In this document: piece by piece, positions 1-10,979 of the stretch
Position numbering within the stretch: position 1 is the stretch's first letter
Layout: each line of letters begins with the position of its first letter
NCBI RefSeq assembly: GCF_964213995.1
Contig: NW_027590122.1
Coordinates: 930,001 to 994,000 of the forward strand
Reading direction: 5' to 3'
From: Mustelus asterias
Lineage: Eukaryota
DNA length: 64,000 nucleotides
Program-made: the position numbers and the translations under genes
Notes under the pieces: generated by a model
Database searches by the model: none
Seen by the model: only the letters and a program-made list of their open reading frames with translations
What the model was told of the DNA's origin: nothing

Positions 1-2
1 GA

Positions 3-673
3 CACCAGCGAGTTCACACCAGGGAGAGACCGTTCATCTGCTCTGTGTGTGGGAAGGGATTCAGTCAGTCATTCACCCTGCTGACACACCAGCGTCTTCA
101 CACCGAGGAGAGACCATTTACCTGCACCGAGTGTGGGAAGGGATTCACTCTGTCATCCACCCTGCTGACTCACCAGCAAGTTCACAGCGGGGAGAGACCG
201 TTCACCTGCTCCGAGTGTGGGAACAGATTCACACGGTTATCCAGCCTGCAGAGACACAAAGTCACTCACTCCCAGGAAAGACCCTTTAAATGCTCCGACT
301 GTGGGAGTGGCTTCAAAATTTCTGAGCATCTGATAGACCACCAGCGCATTCACACTGGGGAGAGACCGTTCAGCTGCTCTCACTGCACAAAGAGGTTTGG
401 AAGGACATGCACACTGAGGAGACACCAGCGAGTTCACACTGGGAGAGACCATTCACCTGCTCTGTGTGTGCGAAAGGATTCACTCGATACCCCAGCTGCT
501 GATGCACAATGTCCCTCACACCCAGGAGAGACCCTTTAAATGCTCTGACTGTGGGAATGGTTTCAAAAGCTCTCAGGAACTGATGATCCACTGGTCCAAT
601 CACAGCTGCTGTGTGTGGGAAGAAATTCACCAGTTCATCCCTCCTGCGGAGACACCAGCGAGTTCACAAGTGA
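3..673 (+). pseudogene. C2H2 ZNF gene, 3' part (5' end lies outside the window); 5 intact fingers, then a frameshift near 441 and decayed fingers up to the ancestral stop
   Basis: ORF 45..539 has CxxC-x12-HxxxH fingers with TGERPF-type linkers. The linker near 441 lacks one G (GGGAGAGA). Finger remnants continue to CACAAGTGA (stop 671-673). It could still encode a shortened protein. Confidence 0.8.
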
Positions 674-1225
674 TGACTGGGGTTGGATTCTGCTGTTATT
701 GCTGCTGTTAATCACATCCAGGACTGAACCATGTTCATTCTGACAGTAGGTGAAGTGGGAGGGTCGGAGGGTTTCTTTCTGCTGGACTGGCCGGTCTCAC
801 AACTTTACTTCCAGTGAGCTGATGCTCTTTGAGCCTGGGAGAGCACATTTCCACTGAAATGACCCACACAAACTGATGAAGAACATTTATTTTATCCTGG
901 AGAGTAAATAATGTTTTTCCTACCACTACATGTAGATCTAAAATAAATACATTTGTCTCTGTTCCATTGAGTCTACAGCACAGGGCCAGGCCAGTCGGCC
1001 CAATTGGTCTGTGTCAGTATTTATGCTCCACATGAGCCTCCACCCACCCCTCTTCATCTCCCCATCAGCATATCCTTCTATTCCTCTCTCCCTCATGTAT
1101 GTATCGAGCTTCCCCTTCAATGTATTCATGCTGTTCACCTCAACCACTCGCTGTGGTAGTGAGTTCCACATTCTCACCACTCGCTGGTAAAGAGGTTTCT
1201 CACTGAACTCCCTGTTGGATTATTG
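674..1225 (+). other. ZNF-family 3'UTR / 3' flank with polyA signal
   Basis: Closely similar to 21500-22025 behind the 20650 gene. AATAAA occurs near 943 and near 21748. Confidence 0.65.
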
Positions 1226-1937
1226 AACCCCTTCATAATCTTAAAGACTTCCATCAGGTCACCCTTCAGTCTTCTCTTCTCTAGAGAAAATCAGCCCCAG
1301 CCTTTCCTGAAGGTTAAATGCTCTCAGTTCTGGGATTATTCTTGTGAATCTTTGTTGCCGCTTCTCCAGTGCCTCTATTTCCTTTTTCTAAATGGAGATC
1401 ACAAATGTTGACAATGCTCCCAGTGTAGCCGAACCCTGATTCTAAACAAGTTGAACAGAACCTGTTCAATTCTATTCCTCGAGAATGGAACCCTGTATAT
1501 GGGCCCCACACTTTAGGAAAGATGTGAAGTCCTTAGAGAGGGTGCAGAGGAGATTTACAAGAATGGCCCTGGGGATGAGGGACTTCAGTGAGTTCGAGAG
1601 ACTTGAACAGCTGAAATTTCTCTCTTTAGATCAGACAGGCATTAGGATTGGGAATGGGGCCATTCAGCCCATTGAGTCCATGCTGGCTCTCTGTAGATCA
1701 AACTGTTGCCCTGTTCTCTCTCCGTGTCCCTGCGGATTTATTTCCCTGAAGCTCCCATCCAATTTCCTTTTGGAAACATTCCATTATCTCTGCTTCAGCC
1801 GCTCGTAGGGAGTGAGTTCCAGATATTTACCACTTCAAATGCAAACGAGGAGCAGAGAGCACAAAAGGAGGCCGTGTGACCCATTGTGCCCCTGCTGCCT
1901 CTTCAAACATTCTCAGCAACAAGGTCAGGGAGGCCAC

Positions 1938-4140
1938 AGAACCATAGAAAATTACAGCTCAGAAACAGGCCTTTTGGCCCTTCTTGTCTGTGCCGAACCA
2001 TTTTATGCCTAGTCCCACTGACCTGCACTTGGACCATATCCCTCCACACCCCTCTCAACCATGAACCCGTCCAAGTTTTTCTTAAATGTTAAAAGTGACC
2101 CCGCATTTACCACTTTATCCGGCAGCTCATTCCACACTCCCACCACTCTCTGCGTGAAGAAGCCCCCCCTAATATTCCCTTTAAACTTTTCTCCTTTCAC
2201 CCTTAACCCATGCCCTCTGGTTTTTTTCTCCCCGAGCCTCAGCGGAAAAAGCCTGCTTGCATTCACTCTGTCTATACCCATCAAAATCTTATACACCTCT
2301 ATCAAATCTCCCCTCAATCTTCTACGCTCCAGGGAATAAAGTCCCAACCTATTCAATCTCTCCCTGTAACTCAGCTTCTCAAGTCCCGGCAACATCCTTG
2401 TGAACCTTCTCTGCATTCTTTCAACCTTATTTACATCCTTCCTGTAACTAGGTGACCAAAACTGTACACAATACTCCAAATTCGGCCTCACCAATGCCTT
2501 ATATAACCTTACCATAACACTCCAACTTTTATACTCGATACTCCAATTTATAAAGGCCAATGTACCAAAGGCACTCTTTACGACCCTATCCACCTGTGAC
2601 GTCACTTTTAGGGAACTCTGTACCTGTATTCCCAGATCCCTCTGTTCAACTGCACTCTTCAGAGTCCTACCATTTACCCTGTACGTTCTTCTTTGGTTTG
2701 TCCTTCCAAAGTGCAATATCTCACACTTGTCTGCGTTAAATTCCATTTGCCATTTTCAGCCCATTTTTCTAGTTGGTCCAAATCCCTCTGCAAGCTTTGA
2801 AAACCTTCCTCACTGCCCACTACACCTCCAATCTTTGTATCATCAGCAAACTTGCTGATCCAATTGACCACATTATCATCCAGATCATTGATATAGATGA
2901 CAAACAACAATGGACCCAACACCGATCCCTGCGGCACACCACTAGTCACAGGCCTCCACTCAGAGAAGCAATCCTCCACAACCACTCTCTGGCTTCTTCC
3001 ATTGAGCCAGTGTCTTATCCAATTTACTACCTCCCCATGTATACCCAGCGACTGAACCTTCCTAACTAACCTCCCATGAGGGACCTTGTCAAAGGCCTTG
3101 CTGAAATCCAGGTAGACAACATCCACCGCCTTCCCTTCATCCACTTTCCTGGTAACCTCCTCGAAAAACTCTAATAAATTCGTCAAACATGACCTACCAC
3201 GCACAAAGCCATGTTGACTCTCCCTAATAAGTCCCTGTCTATCCAAATATTGGTAGATCCTATCCCTTATCACACCTTCCAATAACTTGCCCACCACCGA
3301 CGTCAAACTTACTGGCCGATAATTTCCCGGATTTCTTTTGGAACCTTTTTTAAACAACGGAACAACATGAGCCACCCTCCAATCATCCGGCACCTCCCCC
3401 GTGAATACTGACATTTTAAATATGTCTGCCAGGGCCCCTGCAAGTTCAACACTAGCTTCCCTCAAGGTCCGTGGGAATACCCTGTCCGGTCCTGGGGATT
3501 TATCCACTCTGATTTGCCTCAAGACAGCGAGCACCTCCTCCCCTTTAATCTGTAAAGGTTCCATGGCCTCCCTACCAGTTTGCCCTATTTCCGTAGACTC
3601 CATGCCCGTTTCCTCAGTAAATACAGATGCAAAAAAACCGTTTAGTATCTCCCCCATCTCTTTTGGTTCCATACACAGTGTACCACTCTGGTCTTCAAGA
3701 GGACCAATTTTATCCCTCACTATCCTTTTGCTCCTAACATACCTATAGAAGCTCTTTGGATTTTCCTTCACTCTGTCTGCCAAAGCAACCTCATGTCTTC
3801 TTTTAGCCCTCCTGATTTCCCTCTTAAGTAGCTTCTTGCACTTTTTATACTCCTCGAGCATCTGATGTGTTCCTTGCTGCCTGTACATTTCATACAACTC
3901 TCTCTTCCTCTTAATCAGTGTTACAATCTCCCTCGAGAACCAAGGTTCCTTATTCCTATTTACTTTGCCTTTAATCCTGACAGGAACATACAAACTCTGC
4001 ACTCTCAAAATTTCTCCTTTGAAGGCCTCCCACTTTCCATTTACATCCTTACCAGAGAACAGCCTGTGCCAATCCACACTTCCCAGATCCCTTCTCATTT
4101 CATCAAATTTGGCCTTTTTCCAGTTTAGAACTTCAACCCG
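1938..4140 (-). mobile_element. CR1-type LINE, 5'-truncated, ORF2 RT region with one frameshift near 2755, 3' tail present
   Basis: ORFs 2674..4098 and 2009..2746 contain KSPGPD, NYRPVSLTS, QHGF, DFSKAFD, GVPQGSVLGP, FADD and RRRLRGDLIEVYK. Confidence 0.95.
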
Positions 4141-4542
4141 AGAACTTCAACCATGTTAAATTCTAACATGTGACTGGAGCTTTATTTTAAAAATTAATGT
4201 TGGATTCACCTACATGCTTGTGGAAGCTGCATAGCTGGCAGGAATTGTCTGAACTAAGAATTTCTTCTATGAATTTGATCAGTTGGAGGACATTATATTC
4301 TGTCAAATCTGGCTCAAGAATAAGGTTGATTGCTCAGTTCAAGTAAGAAGGAAAGCTATTGGCTTGCAGCAAGTGTCTTTTCGAACCAGGATATCTTGTA
4401 TTAACCTTATTCAGTTGTGGGACATGGGCGTCACTGGCTGGCCAACATTTATTGCCCATCCCTAGATGCCCTTGTTCAGAGGGCAGTTGAGAGTCAACCA
4501 CATTGTATGAACCAAATGTGTTCATTAAATATTACTGTATTT

Positions 4543-6947
4543 AGAACAAAGAACAAAGAAAGTTACAGCACAGGGACAGGCCCTTTAGCCCTCCAAGCCT
4601 GCTGCCGGACTAAATTAAAACCCCCTACCCTTCCGGGGACCATTTCCCTCTATTCCCATCCTATTCATGTATTTGTCAAGATGTCCCTTAAAAGTCACTA
4701 CCGTATCCGCTTCCACTACCCCCCAGGCAACGAGTTCCAGGAACCCACTGCTCTCTGTGTAAAAAATCTGCCTCGTACATCTCCTTTAAACCTTGCCCCT
4801 CACACCTTAAACCTGTGCCCCCTAATAATTGACGCTTCCACCCTGGGAAACAGCTTCTGACTATCCACTCTGTCCATGCCTCTCATAATCTTGTAGACTT
4901 CTATCAGGTCGCCCCCTCAACCTCCCTCATTCCAGTGAGAACAAACCAAGTTTCTCCAACCTCTCCGCATAGCTAATGCCCTCCATACCAGGCAACATCC
5001 GGGTAAATATTTTCTGTGCCCTCTCCAAAGCCTCCACATCCTTCTGATAGTGTGGCGACCGGAATTGAACACTATATTCCAAGTGTGGCCTAACTAAGCT
5101 TCTCTAAAGCTGCAACATGACTTGCCAATTTTTAAACTCAATGCCCCAGCCAATGAAGGCAAGCATGCCGTATGCCTTCTTGACTACCTTCTCCGCCTGC
5201 ATTGCCACTTTCAGTGACCTGTGTACCTGTACACCCAGATCCCTTTGCCGATCAATACTCCTAAGGGTTTTGCCATTTACTGTATATTTCCTATCTGTAT
5301 TAGACCTTCCAAAATGCATTACCTCACATTTGTCCAGATTAAACTCCATCTGCCATCACTCCGCCCAAGATTCCAACCAATCTATATCCTGCTGTATCCT
5401 CTGATGGTCCTCATCACTATCCGCAAATCCACCAACCTTTGTGTCGTCCGCAAACTTCCTAATCAAACCAGTTACATTTTCCTCCAAATCATTTATATAT
5501 ATATATAACAAACAGCAAGGTCCCAGCACTGATCCCTGAGGAATGCCACTTGTCACTGCCCTCCATTCAGAAATGCACCCTTCCACTGCTACCCTCTGTC
5601 TTCTTTGACCGAGCCAGTTCTGTATCCACCTTGCCAACTCACCTCTGATCCCATGCGACTTCTCCTTCTGCACCAGTCTGACATGAGGGACCTTGTCTAA
5701 GTCCATGTGGACAACATCCACTGCTCTACCCTTATCAATCGTCTTCGTCACTTCCTCGAAAAACTCGACCAAGTCCGTGAGACACAACCTCCCCTTCACA
5801 AAGCCATGTTGCCTCTCACTAATACATCCACTTATTTCCAAGTGGGAATAAATCCTGTCTCGAAGAATTCTCTCCAATAATTTCCCTATCACTGATGTAA
5901 GGCTCACCGGCCTGTAATTACCTGGATTATTCTTGCTACCCTTCTTAAACAAAGGAACAACATTGGCTATTCTCCAATCCTCTGGGACCTCCCCTGTATG
6001 ATGTGGAGATGCCGGCGTTGGACTAGGGTAAACACAGTAAGAAGTTTAACAACACCAGGTTCCTCTGGCTCCACACATAGATTCCCTCCCCTATCCTTGA
6101 GTGGGCCGACCCTCTCCCTGGCTACCCTCTTGTTCTTTATATATGTATAAAAAGCCTTGGGATTTTCCTTAATCCTGCTGGCCAATGATTTTTCGTGACC
6201 ACTCTTAGCCCTCCTTACTCCTTGCTTAAGTTTCTTTCTACTTTCCTTGTATTCCACACTTGCTTCGTGTGTTCCTCCCCTGTAGCCAGTGAGGATACAA
6301 AGATCTCTCTCAAGACCCCAGCAATTTCCTCCCTTGCCTCTCTCAGTATTCTGGGGTATATCCCATCAGGGCCTGGGGACTTGTCTACCTTAATGTTTCT
6401 CAAGAACCCCAATACCACCTCCTTTTTGATCTCAACATGACTCAAACTATCTACACATCCTTTCCCAGACTCATCCACCACCAAGTCCTCTTTGGTGAAT
6501 ACTGACGCAAAGTACTCATTTAATATCTCCCCATTTCCTCTGGCTCCGCGCATAGATTCCCTCCCTTGTCCTGGAGTGGGCCAACCCTCTCCCTGGCTAC
6601 CCTCTTGCTCTTTATATATGTATAAAAAGCCTTGGGATTTTCCTTAATCCTGCTGGCCAATGCTTTTTCGTGACCCCTTTTGGCCCTCCATTCTCCTTGC
6701 TTAAGTTTCTTTCTACCTTCCTTGTATTCCACACTTGCTTCGTGTGTTCCCAGCCTCCTAGCTTTGACAAATGTTTCGTTTTTCTCTTTGACGAGGCTCA
6801 CAATATCTCTCATTATCCAAGGTTCCCAAAACTTGCCATACTTATCCTTCACCCTTACAGGAATGTGCCGGTCCTGAATCCCTATCAACTTACACTTGAA
6901 AGCCTCCCACACGCCAGATGTTGATTTGCCCTCAAACATCTGCCCCA
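4543..6947 (-). mobile_element. CR1-type LINE ORF2, degraded, interrupted at 5999-6273
   Basis: ORF fragments 6520..6948, 6215..6553, 5356..5952 and 5104..5349 carry CR1 RT motifs. The 3' tail (GAACAAA repeats) is near 4543. Confidence 0.9.
5999..6061 (-). mobile_element. Penelope-like element terminal fragment
   Basis: TGATGTGGAGATGCCGGCGTTGGACT...AACAACACCAGGTT, the same terminus as the hammerhead-bearing copies at 58.3-58.7 kb. Confidence 0.7.
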
Positions 6948-6948
6948 T

Positions 6949-7637
6949 CTGGTAGCTATTTATTAGCTACCAGTCATTAACAGATGAGAAATTAATGAGC
7001 CTTAATTGAGTTATAGTTAATCAATGAATCAGTAGTCATAGTAAAAGATTGAGTTTTATTTGCTGTAAAAGTTTAATTGCTGTGTATGTAAAGAATGTGC
7101 AATGAGGATAAATGTACTGGCGAGAGAGACCTTCAAGCTCTGATTAGCCTCAACATTTGAAACTGTGAGAATAAGGGGATTGTACAGAATCAGATAAAGG
7201 GATAGTATGAACCAGTTCTATTGAATTCCTGTCTAAGATAATAAGAGGTGATGGTGTCAGTAATTGAGGATCCAGTTAAATTAATCTAGTGATCAAATTG
7301 ACCAATTGTCATGATACAACAGGCCCAAATCTGACGTGAGGTAATCGTCACTTTGTGGATAAAAGTAGAGGTTCTAAAGGTCTTCCTTGGGAGCCAAATA
7401 CTGAAAACTCCCGAGGCTGAGTTCCAAGGAAATTACTGTCAGAGAAGGAGCCAGACTCCCGAGACTGAATTCCACAATAATTCCTGTGAAAGAAGGAGCC
7501 AGAGAGGGTTATGCTTCTACGGATTGATCACCCGCATGAAGTTGTAAAAGTCAATATCTTAAAGTTGTTGAGTAAAACTTTTTCATTCAGTAAACTTCTT
7601 TTTAAATTTACTATCCAGAGAATTCTGCCTTTACCAC
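6949..7637 (+). mobile_element. Possible solo LTR
   Basis: Non-coding block with TATA-like GGATAAAAG, AGTAAA signals, an internal ~48-bp duplication (7387-7503) and a CA end. No TSD was identified. Confidence 0.3.
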
Positions 7638-9057
7638 AAAGAGGGCAGGGAACAGGCTACAGATGAATTAAAGAGAAACCATTTGTGTCCAGAACATTGT
7701 GAACATCCTTTGACTCTGGTTGCCTTTGATCCTCAAGTCATTTTCTGTTTGTTTTAACCATGTTCTGTTTCATGAATAAACATTTATCAGTAAAAATATT
7801 TGATTTTGCTGGACTTTTCCTGATGAGATTGATGCACTTTAGGGAAAGTGGGTGAGAGGGGTTGGCAGGCTCTTTAACAGAAAGTGAGTCCCTCGAAGGT
7901 AATTGGCAAAGGAGCCAGAGGGGGAGATGAGATTTTATTTTATTTTTTGACGCAGCGAGTTGTTCTGATCTGCCTGAAAGCAGATTCAATAGAATCTTTC
8001 CAAAGGGTAAAGACTTGAAAGGGAAGAATTTGCAGGGCTGTGGGGACAGATCAGAGTGGTAGGATGAACCAGAGAGTCCTTTCAAAGAGATAGCAGGGGC
8101 ACAATGGGCTGAATGGACTCCTGCAGCCTCTCAATCTCAGCCTGCTGCTTGTGCAGGGTAAAAGGGACAGATTTCATTGCAGCCTCTTCCCTGTATCTGT
8201 ATTTAAAGAGACAGGTTTCTCTTTAGCTCTGAGTGACAGATATAACAATTGGTTGGAGGCCCATTTCCCACTCAGTCCTCCAGTACCTCCTTGTCCCTCT
8301 ATTAGTGCGACTTCCATGGCAGTTTCCCAACTGGGGCGCAGGCCTCGTTATTCTCAGCTAAACTCAGCCCTCAGCTCCGTCGCCTGGCTGTCATTGACAC
8401 GAGCAACAGAGACAGAAAGGTGTCCCAGGCTCAAATGGGACGTCGAAACGTGTGGCTTTAAATGAACTGTTAGGATCTCTGATGATGATCAACAATTTTT
8501 TAAAAATGAATTCTAAACCCAGTAAACAAATTAAAGAATCACACGACAAAACTTCAAGTTTTCTGATGTTTATTCCAACAAACTGGAAGCAACAATGATT
8601 AAACACTTTTTTATAGGGAACATAGCCCTTAAACTGTAAAATTAAACTTTGCCCTTTTACTCTTAACACCATTAAATATCCACTCAATGGATATATTTTA
8701 CCCTGCCTTGGAATGTTGACACTCTTTCTCCAAAAACCAGCCCAAAGTGATTCTTTACTCCCCAAGGGTTTATTTCCATTGTTTTCCTTTTCCAGTCTGG
8801 CAACCTTTAATCCCAGAACTGTCCTTCACAGTGATGGTTCTCCTGGACATTTTCCCACTAACACAAGCAAGGCGAATCTTCCAGTCTTGTTTCACAATCT
8901 TTCAGGAATTTGTGACCAACATTCGACATTGGAGCAGAAGTCGGCCATTTGGCCCTTTGAGTCGGCTCCACCATTTATTTAGATCATGGCTGATCTGTTT
9001 GTGTTGCGTTCTCGTGTTATACCCAATACTTTTGATGCCCTTATCCAACAAGAATTA

Positions 9058-9193
9058 GTATAAAGGCAAAATTCTGCTGTTGTTGGAATCTGAAACAAAA
9101 ACAGAAAATGCTGGACAATCTCAGCAAGTCTGACAGCATTTGTAAAGAGAGAATAGAGACAACATTTTGAGTCAGGATTACTCTTTGTCAGAG
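9058..9193 (-). mobile_element. Penelope-like terminus, family B, with a decayed hammerhead
   Basis: Homologous to 14955-15085, 24210-24267 and 56290-56430. Confidence 0.55.
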
Positions 9194-9405
9194 GTGAAGA
9201 CAAGGAAATTCGGACAAAATTTATCCTGTGAAGGTCAAGAATTGGGAAGCAATCTATTAAACCTCCTCTGAACCACTTTCAATGCATTTGTATCATTTCT
9301 TAAACAGGAGACAAAGCTGCACCCAGTATTCAAGATGCAGTCTCAGCAACGCCCTGTATAACTGAAACAGAACATCTTTACTTCTCTGTTCAATTTCTCT
9401 CGTAA

Positions 9406-10205
9406 TAGAACAAAGAACAAAGGAAATTACAGCACAGGAACAGGCCCTTCGGCCCTCCAAGCCTGCACCAACCGTGCTGCCTGACTTAACTAAAAGCCCC
9501 TACCCTTCCGGAGACCATATCCCTCTATTCCCATCCTATTCATGTCCTTGTCAAGACGCCCCTTAAAAGTCACTACCGTATCCGCTTCCACTACCTCCCC
9601 CGACAACGCGTTCCAGGCACCCACTACTCTCTCTCTAAAAAATCTGCCTTGTACATCTCCTTTAAATCTTCCACCTCGCACTTTAAACCTATGCCCTCTA
9701 GTAACTGACTCTTCCACCCTGGGAAAAAGCTTCTGACTATCCGCTCTGTCCATGCCCTCATAATCTTGTAGATTTCTATCAGGTCTCCCCTCAACCTCCG
9801 TCGCTCCAGTGAGAACAAACCAAGTTGCTCCAACCTCTCCTCATAGCTAATGCCCTCCATACCAGGCAACATCCTGGTAAATCCTTTCTGTACCCTCTCC
9901 AAAGCCTCCATATCCTTCTGGTGGTATGGCGACCAGAATTGAACACTATATTCCAAGTGCGGCCTAAGTTCTATAAAGCTGCAACATGACTTGCCAATTT
10001 TTAAATTCAATACCCTGGCCGATGAAGGCAAGCATGCCATCTGCCTTCTTGACTACCTTCTCCACCTGCATTGCCACTTTCAGTGAACTGTGTACCTGTA
10101 CACCGAGATCCCTTTGCCTATCAATATTCTTAAGGGTTCTGCCATTTACTGTATATTTCCTATCTGTATTAGACCTTCCAAAATGTATTACCTCACATTT
10201 GTCTG
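9406..10205 (-). mobile_element. CR1 LINE 3' fragment
   Basis: ORFs 9964..10224, 9624..10040 and 9490..9753 match the CR1 ORF2 C-terminus. Same subfamily as 4543-5350. Confidence 0.9.
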
Positions 10206-10283
10206 GAATAATAAAGGATAACATTCCATTTGTCAGAACTTTGATTTATTTGAACTAAGATTTATGGGGGTTCTCTTAGAAAG

Positions 10284-10611
10284 AATCATAGAAACCCTAC
10301 AGTGCAGAAGGAGGCCATTCGGCCCATCGTGTCTGCACCGACCACAATCCCACCCAGGCCCTACCCCCACATATTTTACCCGCTAATCCCTCTAACCTAC
10401 ACATCCCAGGACTCTAAGGGGCAATTTTTTAACCTGGCCAATCAACCTAACCCGCACATCTTTGGACTGTGGGAGGAAACCGGAGCACCCGGAGGAAACC
10501 CACGCAGACACGAGGAGAATGTGCAAACTCCACACAGACAGTGACCCGAGCCAGGAATCGAACCCGGGAGCTGTGAAGCAGCAGTGCTAACCACTGTGCT
10601 ACCGTGCCGCC
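10284..10611 (-). mobile_element. HE1-type tRNA-derived V-SINE
   Basis: tRNA-like head (GGCGGCACGGTAGCACAGTGG...GGTTCGATTCC), V-domain (TGTGGAGTTTGCACATTCTC...GGTTTCCTCCCACAGTCC) and a CR1-like tail. The family name is from established elasmobranch SINE knowledge. Confidence 0.85.
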
Positions 10612-10979
10612 TTGTTTACAATAACCTCCCTAATAGTAAATCACACCAGGTTCCAGTGACTTAATCATATGGCAAGAAAGAATACTTTAAATGGTGAATT
10701 CAGAAACTTTATTAATCATTAAAAATTTAACAAGTCAGAAAGATAAAAAAAAACAGAGTGTCGATTAACAGTTAATAGAGAAAGTTTAACTTTTAACAAT
10801 TGAACTGACTTCTCTCCATCCCTCTCACACCAGGACATGAAGTGACCGCTCCAAAAACGTGGATAACTTGTAAAACCAACAGCTCTCGACACTTCTCTGT
10901 AAACATCTCTCCCTCCACCTTTCTCGACCAAATTGCCTTCTCAAGACCACTTTTTTATACTTTAAAAATGTCGAAAGCT

